Shown in pieces: positions 50,048 to 64,000 of a DNA stretch of 64,000 bases. The translations under genes and the position numbers were made by a program. Position 1 is the stretch's first letter, and every line of letters begins with the position of its first letter. Origin of the DNA: Catajapyx aquilonaris (lineage: Eukaryota). The notes under the pieces are model-generated. The model saw only the letters and a list, made by a program, of their open reading frames with translations, did no database searches and was not told the DNA's origin. The DNA lies in assembly GCA_000934665.2 (NCBI GenBank), contig KZ538086.1, positions 1 through 64,000 on the forward strand, written 5' to 3'.

Positions 50048-53000
50048 ATGCTGTATTTTTATTTTTTTTATACTTTAACTCGCGAGAAGGAATTGGCAGC
50101 ATCTCCGGAGTGTATCGCCATTTTGTTTTTACTCGTACTTGAGCTTTATCTTTTCAGGCATTGTCATTCATAATTTTGCCGCGGCATAAAACTGACGTGG
50201 AGGTTTGCGCTTATCTATCGGCCATTTTTGAGCTCTCATATCGAGGCCTATGCGTTGCGAATCTCAGTGTCTACTTCGTAAATGTTGAGTTGGTTGGGAG
50301 GGAGGGAGGGAGGGTGGGGGAGATGGGTGGGTGGGTGGAACGGGGGGGATGGGTGGCGTTGGAATTTGCCCAGAATCCTCTTCCTTATCTCTCCGACATG
50401 TAAACTAGTGCGTTTTCGGGGAGGCTGCAACTTAGACCAATTTGTCGTTGGCTCTTTTCCATAGCCACACCCGAGAGCGAGGCGTTAATTTATTATTTTG
50501 CCACGTAGGAGACGGGACACACACCGTCGGCGTCAAACTGTGTCAAAATGGTAAATTTGTGATGTTAACTCCATTTAGGAAAACACGCACTAAAAAACCC
50601 TTAATGGATGGAGAGTGCCCAACAGACGTATATGCTTGCCACAAATTGAGGCTAAATTATTAATGCAGGACGAAATGACTAGAGAGGAGGAGAGACTGAA
50701 AAGCAGCAGCCAGGGAAGCTGCATTTACAGACCAACAAGGAATTCGGATTTGATCTCCGCTTCCCCTGCAACCTTTTCCAGAATAATAAAAAATAGCGGG
50801 TAAATTTTTAATTCCGCCTATCTCCGCTTCTTTTGGCAAATGCGATATACGTATGTGTTCACTTACAACCCCAATATGTGCGCGGGACAGCTTGAAAGTT
50901 TGTGCATTTTGAGTCCCCTCCGGCTCAGTGCAATTAACTGCCTTGCCCATGTCAGACATTCGTGTGCGAGCATATATACTGTTTCGCTTTTGCGGAAACA
51001 AAAGTGTTTCAACATTCATCAGCATTGGAACTAGAATTGGTTTTTTTCCGGGAGAGGGATTGGGGGGAAAGGGAACCCCCCACCCCACCCGCCAGGTTCC
51101 GCTGGCCACACACCTTGAGGGAGTTTACCGGCAAATTGTGTGGTGGTAATTTAATTAAAAATTTCTGGACACTCGTTTGTTCCCGCGTTCCTTTTTATTC
51201 CCCCCGAATAAAGTAAATTCCTGGTCCCGGCCCCCTCAAATATTTATGTTGTTTCTACATGCGCTCTGTAATTCAATAATAACCGCGCGGAATTATTAAT
51301 TTGCAAGGGCTATCGACTTGAAGCCGCTCCGGGATTTGGATGCGGGGACTTGCTGGTCAGCAGGTGTGGGCATAAAGGACTGAGCTTTTGGTTCCCCTCC
51401 TCTCCCTCTCTCTGTGTGTGTGTCTCCCCCATCCTAAAAGCAGCGTGGGGGCAAAGGCCTTTCTTTCTTGAGCCTTCCCAACCTGGTCGGAAGTGGTCCC
51501 GCGGCGGCCGTAAGTCGCCATAAACAGCGAATTTAGGGCGAGGATAAGGCCAGCGCGTGGAGTCATTCCAAGCATCCCTCTTTTTTGACTGGCCGGACAT
51601 GGCAGGCGGGATTTCTATCACGGCCATCTCCTAAGAAAAACCCTGGGACTAACTTGTGGGGCGGTTTTTTGATGGGGTGGGTAGGGAGGGAGGGAGATGG
51701 GGGTGGGTATACTGGGCCATGCTGCACTGCGACTGCCATTTGGAATCAACGTAGGGGATGCAAACAGAGCGAGATGTACCGCACCCAGGATAATAGTTTG
51801 GAGCAGCCCGCTCGTGCTTAGGGAAAACCACTGGACTTGCCAGGAGGGAGTCCGGCTCTGCCATCATTCAGTTTTCTTTTCCCCCCCTTTTTTTGTATGC
51901 GTTGTAGGGGGAGCAGACTACATGGCAATTAAGCTGCAACTTCCCGCATTATGTGCCTCTTTTTGCGAAACGAGGGGGCAAAAAGCAGGGAGGAACGAAT
52001 GACTCCAAGATTCTTGCCTGCATACTTGAGGGTGGTTTATGACTCCTGATGCTTAATGGTGTTTACTCTGAATCCTAATTATCCGTAGCAGCTTTTAATT
52101 GATGGCCTCCTCGAAGGCGGAGAGGGCCTCCTTCCAAAAAAAAATAAGGAGAGGGTACGGAGGAGGGGGTCCCGTTGCCTCCCACTTCCTTCTCTTCCTC
52201 TCCCTTGATTATGAATTAGACGGCCGTGTTTGTTCAAGAGAGTCTCTTGAAGGAGCCTATTTTCCTTCATATTTGCATGGTTGTGCATACAAGTGACAAT
52301 ATTTGCATTAATTAGCAATAATTGCAAATTAGGACGGTGGCTGAATATTTAAATTGTCGTCGTGCTCTTTTCGTGTGGGAGGTTGGGTAGGGGTGGGAGG
52401 GAAGGGGGAGTATAGTAGGAGATGTAAAAGCAGATTGCCGGCGGTTCTTCTGGATTTTCCCTCCTCCTCGGGACTCTCCTTTTTTCACTTTTTTGTCCCT
52501 CCTTTTCCAACCCTGAGCCGGATTAAGGCTTGCACTGGAGCATAATCGCCCTGCGCTTTCCCGGAGAGAAATTGAAACAGGCCCGCGCCTTGTAAGTTTG
52601 GACGGCGTTTAGTCAGGCGAGGCCATCAAGGAACGATTTCTTGGCGGGCCTCTTAGGCTTCTTGGCTGGAGTTTTATCAAAACGACTTGGTCACCGAGAG
52701 GGTGATGTTGAATAACTGAGTTACTGCGCGCTCTACCAGGCGAAACACTGTGTCGTGCAAGTCGCTCTCTGATTTTTTTGTTTAATTTTAAATCCCCAGG
52801 AGAGTTGGGGAAAAAATGCTACGAGGGATTACAACGTGTACTCTATAGGTCGCAGGAGAGAAAGAAAAAAAAATGTAGAGAACAATCACGGTCATAATTA
52901 CACCTCGGTGGCTGATACCGTCATGAAATATTAATGCGATTTTTTTGGAGGCTTCCCCGTCGGTTGTGTTTCTTTAATCATCCCTGATGTGTTGGAAAAA

Positions 53001-56000
53001 AAGGGGAGGGGGGGGGGAGTCTGTGGTGCCTTTCCTGCAGGCACTTCCATACATAATGTATTCGTGTGTAAACGGCGCGCTGAGTGTAGGGGTTGGGGAG
53101 CATTTGTAGAGAAGTAAAGTGTCTCTTTGTTTGCACTGGGTGGGAATGGTTGAGTTGCTGGAATGGGCGTAGTTTCGAAAAAAGCTTAGGACTAGTGCGG
53201 AGCTAATGTGTGATCGCTGATAGACAAGCGGTAGGTAGTAGCATTATTTCCCCCCGTAAACGTAGAGATCCGAGTCAGATAAAAAGAAGCAAACTCGCAT
53301 GCAGAACAGTGAACTTGAGGCGTATATCTTGGTTGCTTTTTTGCACCAGTTCAATCAACCCCTCCCATCTCATTCCATATCATGCAAACTACCTATTAAG
53401 TCCCATTCGTTATTGAAAGGTGCATGCCCGATGCAGGCTTTTCCATCAAGGGTGCCTCCTCCTAATGCTTGTCCTCCGCCGGCCGAATTTCGTGCCGGTG
53501 GCAGCCAATGGGAGGGACGCTTGCAGATGCATTTCAGACATGTGTTGTAGTGGGTTCCTGTCTGAATCACGCTATGCATGACTCGCAACTGGGTCACATC
53601 TAACTCACCAGCCAGCCACCGGGATATATTTCCCCCGTTGATATTATAGGTTGTGCTGGCTGTCCGCACAGGATTAATATTACAAAAGTTGTAACTACGG
53701 CCCGGTGTACCGTGACGGGGGGGAAGGCCTCCGAGTTTGGCCTAGTCGGCGAGCGCTCTCTGGCTCATAAGTTATGCCTCATATCTTAAGGCAAGTGCCT
53801 CCGAAGATTGAATTTCGTGCGTCATCAAGCTCCGGAAGCTGAATATTGTATCAACGAGGGTAACTGGAGGAAGTGTCTCAACCAGGTTCTGGTACAACTT
53901 TGATGATGCTCTGGACTTGCAGCGAGCCCTTTGGGAACCCTCTTCCTATATACAACTAGACTTGTTTGGTTTTAGCCCGGTTTGCTTTGGTTTCCGAGGG
54001 GTGGGTGGGTGGGGGACAGTGGAGTTGGAGGGAAAAACTTGTGCATGGCTTTCTGTGAGTTGCGCTGTTTCAACTTTCAGGCCCTTTTTGGGGAGGGGCA
54101 CGGGTTTTGCCGGGGCTGTTTTGTCGAAGGTACAGGAATATGCGCTTAACCTGCTCAGGAGTATCCTAATCTCTTTACAGGGTAATTTTATTGGCCGGTT
54201 TGCGAGTCCCAAATTAGTTGAGGCAAGTTAGCGAGGCTTACATTGCTGTAATAATGTTGGAAGAGGAATTGCCTCAATTGGATACACAGCTTTTTAACAA
54301 AATTACCGCCCTGCCGATGTCATTATGGAGAAATATGATTGGATTTTTTCTGTGGATATCTGAGGCTTCGGTGACCAGAGAGGGTTTGGACAGAGGGGGA
54401 TTGAAGTCTGTTGTTTGAGTATGGCGATGAGGTGCCCTTACACATCGACCGCGGCGGATACGAGTGTGGAGTTCTGGCACATAAGAGAGATTCACGTGCC
54501 AGTTTGGTCCTCGATGGGGTCTAGCAAAATTTGTCATCATAATACTTGCACTGTGCTGGTGTGCCAATTGAGGTTGGTGTGATTTTTACAAAGTGACTCT
54601 CACTTTATCGCCAGTCAATTATTGAATGCGCTCTAAGTGAAAATTATTCCTGTGCTTATGTGCCGAAACATGCGGAACGATTGTAGCTCGCTTATTGGCT
54701 TTCGCTCGGGAAATATTTAACGTCGTTGTCGTTTGAAAAAACTCTGTAGCCTTGTTGCGGATCCACTGACTCGGAATAAAGTTGTACCCTTTCCAAGTTT
54801 TCTTTCTTGTGCAGCTTCGCGGCCGATGTAGACAAAAATCTAGGGCAAGCCATAACTGATTTAATGAAGGGAGGGCCATTCCGGAGGACAAAAATGTCCC
54901 CGGTTTTAAATTTTAGTCTAGCCAATTTCCTTCCACTCGGTACATCGGGACGAACCTTCCCGAATGTTGGCGAGGAAATGGACTTGGAAGATGGGCCTGA
55001 ATCTTTTGCGTGCGAATGAACTAGAAAGGGACCCTTTTTTTTCGGGGACTCCCTAGATGCATTGGCACATTTGAAGCATATGGCCTGATATTTCCGAGTG
55101 GAAGTGCAGGCAAGGCACTTTAAAGAACTAGGTGTGTCAAATATATTTACCCTGCCACTCTTGTGGCCCTGGGATGCAGCCCCCTCTTACCCCCTTCTTC
55201 CCTATAGACTCTTGGAGGGAGGAGGTATGGGGGAGGGGGAAGGCTATAAACTCCTTTAGACACGTTCCCGGACTGGCGGCTATCCGGGCAGAGTTTGGCT
55301 TACGTGTAACGGCGTGATTGGTGGCGCCGCCAACGGGTTCCCGTCAAGTCCCGCCCCATCCTCCGGATCCCGCCCGCCCGATCCCGGAACCCAAGAACAA
55401 AAGGGGGCGGACCTCTCCGGATAAATTCTCTAACCCGTGCCCTCCCACGTCCCCGTCATTTAACTCGGGACCGAAACTTTCATGCAAATCTAGGTTATAT
55501 CAGAATAGGCCATTTTTATACCCGAATATATTGCCAGATTTTTTTTCTCTCTCTCTATCTCTCTCTTCACGAGCCAGCCGTTCCATTCGACGTCTCTTGA
55601 GAATTCACGTCACTCGAACTCAAAGTCAACCTTGAGTCAGACGTCACCGGAACAAAACCACGGCGGAAGACGTGCTTGACGTGAATGCAAACCTGCACTG
55701 TCTGACTGATTGGATTATTCAGCTGTTAACTTTAGTGCGGAGTAAATGAGTCGTGCGTGTTCGACTAGCCTACATAATTCCGTGGCGTTAAGCTCTTTAA
55801 GGGTGTCAGGCAGAGTCTTTAAGATGTAGTCAGCCACACTTGAACTGCAATGAAAGCATACACTCGCGACGTACTATGCCTCTGGAGACAATGGAGTCGT
55901 TTGAAAGGGAAACTGTACGGCCCAGTTTTTAAGCAAGTCTGACTCGGGGAAAGTAGGGAGGGTGAGGGTAATCTGTTTTAACTGCGTCAAGTGTTGCCGC

Positions 56001-56137
56001 GCATTCACCCGGCTGTAGGAAACGCTTAACACCTGCACTACGCGGTAAGCAAGAGTCATTTCAGCCGTAGGATAATCCATTGGGAAGCGTGACTCCGTGC
56101 TAAATACCTATTCAATTCGAAAGGGTTTGGGAGCGCA

Positions 56138-56140
<3 letters not shown>

Positions 56141-56186
<46 letters not shown>
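56141..56186 (+). repeat. (CT)23 microsatellite
   Basis: Perfect CT dinucleotide run. Confidence 0.95.
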
Positions 56187-56189
<3 letters not shown>

Positions 56190-59100
56190 CCCGAGAAAAA
56201 AACATCAAGATGTATAACCATGGCATGAAAAGCCTATATATGCCTACTGGATGCATGTTTTGAGCTGCAACACGGTTCCTATCCCCCCAACTTTTTCAAC
56301 GCGATACAAAAGCTACCTGGTTCTGGCGAATTCTGTACTGTATGTGTATTTTTTTGTACCGCACAAAATTGAATGAAGTCTGTGTCCATGTGTCTACATG
56401 GTGCGCATAAAAAAGGGCAGCACCGCATTGTTTTGACTGGAACTCTTGGGCACATGGTTGCAACGCGTTGTGCAGTTGGAGGTTGAGAGGCCTTGTCCAG
56501 GACAAACGAAAAGGTGAGGGGCGACCCAGAGGGAACAACATGACCCACACAAGAATCGATTGGAGAGCAACTCTGGCACCGGTTTTGCATCGGTAGTGCT
56601 AAACAAGTAGAGGCTAACGAAGCGGCGGGAGGAGGAAGGAAAGGGTGCTGGGAGGGGGGCATGGCTAGTATCGTGGGTTTTTGAGAGAACGGGGGAGGAC
56701 CCTGGCGAGGCTTTGGCATGCGCCCCACAAAGAGATGGAAGTCATTCCGGCGACATGGAGCGGAACGTCATTTAGGACCTTGCGAGGAAGCTACTAGGCG
56801 CGAGCCCAAATGCCTCCTAAATCGACGCGGGGCCTGCGTCACGGCGTAATTGAGTTAGTGAAGCGCCAGGTCACTCCCTAACCCTCGACATTTTCTGCAG
56901 CTTCTTGCAATTCCTGGCCGTCATTTCCTCCTGAGAGACGAGGCTCACCCATTTGGACAAAACTACGTCGCGGCCTTGAGTCTCTGTGTCGTCTTGGTCA
57001 CTCGGGCTATACATGTTCAGGCATATACTTTACAAATGGGCAATGTTGCCCACATGTCAGGATGGAGGTAGTAGTTCTTGGTGACGAGGGCAGGCTGGGT
57101 AACTGGGGCGGAACTTCACATCTCAGCTCAGGCTGTAATATTTTTGTCGGCGCCCTGCATCACCCCCGTAATGGCCGGGCTTCAACCCTGTAAGCTTCCA
57201 TTACCTTATTACTCGCGGCCTCTCTGACTGGATCGGACCTGACAGGGCCAGACAAGGAAAAATTATGGTGCCATCTCCCGTCATCACCTGCTAGGCCACC
57301 GACTGCTTTCCATCACTGGCTGGATCGGTGAGCAGAGGATGCAGGTGGCCTGTGTCGTTCATGCCATCATCACACCACAGCCAGACTCTTCACCCAGCCA
57401 GACTACCCTCTCCCTCTCTCCCTCTCGCCTCCCATATTCCTCCCTCCCACTCCGGCTTGTGCTTTAATGCCATATTTTTCCATTTGCAGCCCCCTCTCCC
57501 TTCCTCTCTCATCGCTTTCAATGAACAGCGCCGGAGCTCATAGATCAACATTACAGAGGCATTAGACCTGCGAGTCATATTCCAGGTGGATAAGCGGAAG
57601 CCGGTAATTGCTTTCAGGCCTTCCGGATTTTGCTCTCTCCCTCTCTTTTTTTGACCGAAACACCCCACCTTTTGTTGTTGTCGGTTGCTAATACAACGGC
57701 TAAGGTGCTGCGGTGGGATTTCTCAGACGAAATATTTCTTACGTGGCAATGTTTCTTACTCTAGGCCTTGTTCCTAGTGACGTTTTATATCCTGATTTGG
57801 AAATTTCCATGTCGGGAGTGAATTATGTTAAGCATTTGATTGCTTGGAATGTGATCTCTCCTATAGGTGCCGAAGGAAACTATGTTGCAGCAAGTATTGG
57901 GTACGAACACCGCGATTTTAATAGGCCAATAGAGTACTTTCAGCCTTTAAGGCAGGGAAGAGGGAGAGAGGAGGGGGAAGAAGAAGAAGGGAGGGGGAAA
58001 AAATCTTTTTAAATTTGGTGGTGGACTGCATGAGAAGAAGTAAGCGTTGGCACCAAGGGGCTCAGGGGCTTCCTAAGAGGCTTCTGGATATGAAATCCTT
58101 CTCGACTCCTCAGCGGCGGCTTTCCTTTTCCTGCGCTAGCACTTTTTCCATTCCGCTTACAATGAGATTCCTCCTGAGAAATCACCAGAGCTGTTAATGG
58201 AGTTGCCTGTCGATATGATTGACTCCAGTTCGTGGTCCACTGAAGACTTCCCCTAGACTTCCAAAAGTTCAGGCGGTTAAAGGACGACCATCCAACGCTT
58301 AGCTTACAACAACCATTAGGAGAATTTTTTATGTGCGTGGTTGCCCGTGCTCTTTTCAACTTTTTTTTTTCCTGACCTATTACCAACTAATCCTGCAGTA
58401 AGCGGGATCGGTTAAGTTAGTATAAAGCATCGATCAGCAAATGACGGAAATTGGGTGCGGATAAAATCTTATAAAATTGCTTTTGGCTGCTCGTAGATGA
58501 GCGTCAGCGTTTTTATTCCCTCGCGATCCCTCCCAGTGAAAAACCTTAATAAAGGTATACACTTCAGCCAGCCCATAAAACCATAAAAAGGTAGTGAACT
58601 GTCATTCCACGAAATGTCACATGCAGGCCGCCGCGTATGGGTTTTTAGCTTCCAGCGCATGATTTCAGCTGGCCTTTAACTTTTCTTTGTAACGACTTGG
58701 TGGCAATGCACATTATGATTTGGGGGGAGGGAGGGACAGGGGGAGATATATTTGAAAAGCTCAGGCTGGCTTCTAATGGAGATTAATCCCGGGGATCGAA
58801 CGGCAAATTCAGTACTGTTTGGTGTGATCCATATACAGGTGAATTACATGCATTCAAAAAGCTATATTCGCAATTTCGCTGCTGGGCACAGACTTCTCCC
58901 CACGCCCCCACCACCACCACATCACCTCCCACCCTCCCACGTCTGATGAGTGATGACCGGACGTCGCCGATGCAACTGACGCCATCATTAATAACCGAAG
59001 CCATCCCATTTAAAGCCGTCGCCGCAAAGGTTTTCACAAATAACCATCACCGCAATATGCGAAACGTCGATCAATGCTGATGATCGAGGAGGTGAAAATA

Positions 59101-62100
59101 AAATGAAGCGCCGGAAAAGAGGATGGTGATACAATAGCGCTCCCGGTCCCATTATGCTAACGCAGTCTTTCCCTCCTGGTTTCGTATATGGAGAAGAAAG
59201 AAAAAAAAAAGTGCAGGAGACTTTGGTCATCGTGCCAACAGGAACCAACTTTTCGGAATATCGGGAATCAATGGGCAGTCCGCAGTCGGAAAATACTCAT
59301 TATCAGTTTACTCGGAGACCAATAACAAAAATGATAGCCGGGGGTATTAAGCAGACGTATCATTTTGTCGCTAGCCTTCCACCCCCACCCCCTTCCTCCC
59401 ACTCCTCAGTTCCTCCATCGCCATGGGCTAGATGGCGTCAAGGGTTCATTTGGTATTCTTGGCCAGTCAAATGGGAAAATTCAGTATTTTTGGAAGCCGG
59501 CCTATCCGGGCAGAATTAGACAAGTGAGGAACGTTTTCTCTAGATAGAACCGACTCTTTTTTTCCAACTTCTTCTTCTGCTAGCCCCCTCGTCGGCAGGG
59601 AAATGAGATTGTCCCGTGTATAGAATTTTTGCAAATAGGCTCCTTCTTTGGCTTCATTTTGCCTCCGTATCTGCCTTTTTGCCAGAGCAGAACCAACCAC
59701 CCATCCACCCTGCTGCCTCCTACCCCCTACGCAACTGCATTTTAATTCTGCATGGAGAACATGGACCCTTGGAGTATAATTTGTGTTGAGTGCACACAGT
59801 TTGGCAGCTCTTTTTCCCCTTCTCCTCCTCCCTCTTCTCTCTCCTCTTTCTCTCTCTCTCTCCCTTTTCGCTTTCTCTCTTTTTGCTTTGCTCTTCTCTG
59901 TACGAATGGAATTGTGCTTCTCAGTGCGTCTTTTTGGAAGATTAGCTGAGTGCATAGGCGCCGCCACTCTATTTCGGAAAAAGGGGGGGATTTCATCCCT
60001 AGTTCCTGGTTTCACTGAAAAAATTATAATAAAAATAAAAATCCGCTCCCTCCCCATCCCATCCCTGGCTCCACTATACTATCCAATGTGAAGCCGGCCG
60101 AGGGCGGGGATTTTGCCGCGATGGAAAGCGAAACAGAAGTTTCGTGATTTCCATGTTATTAACTTTTTCTTCCGGATTAGGTGGTGCAGATGTAGCTCTC
60201 ATTAGATTACATGCCTGGAACTAGTTTCAGTAATGTGTAATAGGACGCGAAATTATTCCTGCTGGAAACAGGGTCATGTTTGACCGAAGGAGGAACTTTG
60301 GGACCTATTTAAAACTTGGAAGCTACTAACGCGGGGTATTAAATGTGCGGAACTGTGCCCTACGTGTCAGTTGAAAGTACAGTGCAGCCTAGAGTACTGG
60401 CCATTATTCATACCATTTTCACACCTATTTTTTTGTGCATAACGTGGAAGTTGTACCACCGTGTTTCAAAAGGTTGCTCTCGAATAATTCGCCGGGGTCG
60501 AAAAGCGATGGAAATATTTAATGAAAGCACAATTCCCAGCCGTACGTGTCACATTAACGTCACCCGATGGGCAGGGTCGCCGGTTTTCGATTTTTTTTTC
60601 TCCAAATATATATTTTGCGACGCATGATTTACGATATAGTGGATGGCGCTTGGCTTTTGCCTCTTAAACGAAATGCGTCGCGATGCCTTACGTGCCAATA
60701 ACAAGTCTGGCGTAGGCGGTGGAAACTGCCTGCCATAAATACTGCTGCGGTCTTCCCCCGCTTTCCCCAGGGCGGTGTCGGAGGAGCGCCCCGGGGCGTA
60801 CCCCGGGCCACGCGATGACTCTTGTGGGAGACGTTGGTGTGCACATCCGGTGACCCACCTATTTTTTCCACCGTCCGTCTCAGTTCGGATGCTGCGAAAG
60901 ACGTGACTAGGAGACCCGTACCGCCTATCCCCCTGCCCCTCCCTCCCTTCCCTCCCCCTGCTATATATTCCAGGCCCCGTGTCGGCTGGTCTATGCACAG
61001 GGCTCTTTGGGCTTGGTTTACGTGGGTGTGAAGTAGTTGTGGGGCCCTGGGAAACGGGGCTTGTAGTTTTCGTATGGGGGAGGGGGGGGGGAGTCGAGGG
61101 GGTGCCGTGGAGATTAAAGTCTGCAACTTGGTGGCCCCAACAGAGACAACTCGTCCAGACAAAAGCTGGAGTTATGTGGACCTCCCTCCACCCCACTTGT
61201 TTCGGGGTCCAGACCAAATATGTATGGTTAGGAGTCGGTTGGAAAGTTTGCCTGCTGACACCGAATCCGGAGTTTACCTTAATGCGAATGGTACACTGGC
61301 GGATTTCAAGTAGCTAACTTTTTGCAGGGGAACAAAAATTTTCAATTAGCCTGTACAGCCCCAGCCTATTTGCTTCATCGGGTAGCTGCGAGGCACAGAA
61401 GTATTTTAAGTAATGCGTCCAGCCAACCCCAAATTTTGAAAGTGTACTTGTTTACCGCATCATGCATAATATATACAGTGTATACTGTACAGTGGCCACG
61501 AACAAGGACTAGTCTCTTATCGGTTTAAAGTTGCGAAATGTAATAACTCAGAATTATCAGCAATGGCAGATCATTGCAGTTTCCTTTCATATAAAATGGT
61601 TTAATTTTTTAACACTTTTCTCTCTCTACTATATAGTCTCTCGTTTGTGCGTGATATGCAATGTTGAAATTAATTTGCAGAAACTAACAAGGGACTGAAT
61701 TATTAAAAACAATTCGGATGGATGAAACAAATAAAGTAATAAATTATTGTGGTCGGGTACATATGAATTTGCTGCGGGGTAATGAGAAAGCGACTTTTAT
61801 GCAGTGTTGTTTTGGGCCTGCGCGTGTACCCATAGTATTATTATTGGAAACCAATTTTCTGCTCGGGGAATTTCATGAAGGTGCACTATGATTTGATAAA
61901 CAAAGTTAGGCTTCAAGAGGCTGTAAAAATTGGAACTTGTGTGATTTGGTGCATGATAGTGAGCTACCAATAAATATATTTAAAATGTTTTATCGAGGCC
62001 CAACCAGCAACCCATGATTCTGCTGACTAAATATCCCTATAGTTTGGCATTCCCCGAGTGTATAGCACAAACATGGCCTGGCGACTGGGAGAGGGGCGAT

Positions 62101-64000
62101 CCAAATGGTAGTTTCTGTTTATCAAATTGGTCAGTTATATTACACAAGCATCCCGCGTCCCTTAATCCCCACTGGCATTATTAGGGGGAGTATCTTGGAC
62201 GCTGATAAGTGTTAATGCCTGGCAAACGAGTGGGCGAGCCCATCCCCGGGAACAAATTTACAAGTGCGCCTTTAGCAATAAAACCGTTTTTGACCGACTG
62301 CGTGGCAGATAATCGCTTTATCCGCACTGGAACAAATCCACGCTAAGTCTCCACACCAATCCGGAAGATATTTGCAGCAAATCTACGCCAATCATGCGTG
62401 CTTGTGTGTAAACGAGGAGGCGAAATCCCCTCGTATAAATCTTATCAATCCCACCGCTTGCGTGATTGGGGATAAAAAATTAGCCAGCGTCACTTTTTTG
62501 TGTGTGTGTGTCCCTAGTTACATGCCCAGCACTAACTTGTGCTTGCCCCCGTCCTGGTTCTTCTACTTTTCCCCCCCTTCTTCGAGATGCATATTCCTAA
62601 TGACGGAGACTTTTCCCAAGACCGCACCGTAGCCAACTCGTTATCCCAAAGTCTCCGCCGCTAAATGGCTTCCAATTTTCGTGGCGGTGGGTAGCGTCGG
62701 AGGATTACACTGTAAATAAGGTGATGGTCGGTCCCAACCCCCTTCTACCCCTTGCTGGCTTTAAGCGAAAAACTTAAGCAGTGTTTACGAAAGCCGGCAG
62801 CCGATGCAATAGGGAAATGCCGTTTCCTCTAATGGCTTCGGAGGAGGAATTTCAGGTCTAAGATAACTTTGTGGTTGGTCGCGGATGTAGAAAGTTTTGG
62901 GGGGAGGGATTTCGGACCAGGGGGAGATGGGAAGGGTGGGGGTTTGGAGGTTATACAGAAAAAAAATTATAATAACTTGTCGTTTATTAGTCCCGCATAT
63001 GCGGCAGCGTTGGGTCGTTTTGCGGCTAGGACGAATGCCCCACCCTAAGGCTATAGCGTTGCGCATTTGTATTAGTGTGTCTTAAATGCGGGGAATTTAT
63101 TTTTGGAATGGGTGCACTGTAGTGTGTGCGTATAGCTGTGGTTGTTCAATGCGCTACTTTCAACGGGCAACGAAACTATCATTGAACATTCATTAGCATT
63201 TCAGGGGGGTAGCAATATTCTCCACCACGATATGCTAGATTACGCTTGAGCATAGGCCCTGCGGCTGCGAGGCCAATACATAATTATTGCAAAGTTACCC
63301 GGGTGTAACGGTAAATTTTGCATAATTATTTCAGTTGCAATTTTGACTCCAAGTATAATAATATTGTGTTAGAGCTGTATGTGCTACAGCAAGCTAATTT
63401 TAGGTCCAAGTGGAGCTCACAGTGGAAAGCAAAATTATTGTCAAATTCTTCGAGTTACCAAACAGTAACATTATGTGGGACTTTCTAATCCGGACGAGGC
63501 GGAATGTGGAATCTTAATAAATATCCCGAAACATATCCTGCGCGCATACAGCGAGGACTTTTCACATTTTCAGGCTCTATTATTTATACTGAATAGAATA
63601 TGGCTTAGTCCTCGGGCATGTCTTTATTTGAGTCTCTTTTAGGAACAAAGACTTCCTCTATACTTTCTATAGCAACAGAGAAATATGAGGATAAGGAGTA
63701 ATTTCAATTAAGCCTTTGCCATGCGCACTCTTTGTTCATTCCTAAAAATGCATATACGCAATATAAGTCGCTTCAGAGTAATCTTGTTAGCTGCTTGACC
63801 TGGTAATACCGATTCAGAAAATTAATGCTCATATAGCCCCATGAATTGGAATTCACTACCAACATTTTGTAATTAGTTACTATTGAATGTCTTCGCATCT
63901 GAGACGACACCCAGCATTGTAAAGACATTTATCAAACATGATGGATTCATTATCGTCGCCACATTCATCATTCCCATCATTGTTGTTGGTGCTGGTGTTG

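Noticed and set aside
60549..61217. Longest ORF (222 aa, - strand), and similar 190-200 aa ORFs at 11510, 39902, 43839 and 59467
   Set aside because: These are Pro/Gly/Arg-rich translations of G/C and GA tracts with overlapping ORFs in several frames. They have no domains or convincing splice boundaries, as expected by chance in GC-rich patches.
1..64000. Prokaryotic systems (CRISPR arrays, operons), rRNA/tRNA genes and conserved miRNAs
   Set aside because: There are no regularly spaced repeats and no gene-dense coding structure. I saw no match to rRNA, tRNA or the conserved animal miRNA sequences I can recall. This was a by-eye search only, so an Rfam scan is still warranted.

Overview
This window is eukaryotic and almost entirely non-coding. 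No ORF in the supplied track looks like a real protein; most are low-complexity translations of G/C/GA tracts. It reads as the interior of one very long + strand intron or regulatory desert of an animal gene. An arthropod origin is my inference from CpG not being obviously depleted, Drosophila-like splice and core-promoter motifs, and a hAT element; neither species nor host gene can be named. The main signal is two recursive-splicing ('ratchet point') sites, at 2411/2412 and 35010/35011. Each has a branch point, a pyrimidine tract and YAG directly abutting GTAAG, followed about 53-68 nt later by a second donor that would define a cryptic RP exon. Between them is a candidate internal promoter (Inr plus DPE at exact spacing) with a possible alternative first coding exon (ATG 19968, donor 20113) that the ORF track misses. 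Mobile DNA is sparse: one internally deleted hAT element (15154-16613; 9-bp TIRs, perfect 8-bp TSD, decayed transposase C-terminus) and one ~93-bp MITE. All motif searches were done by eye, so weaker features may have been missed.
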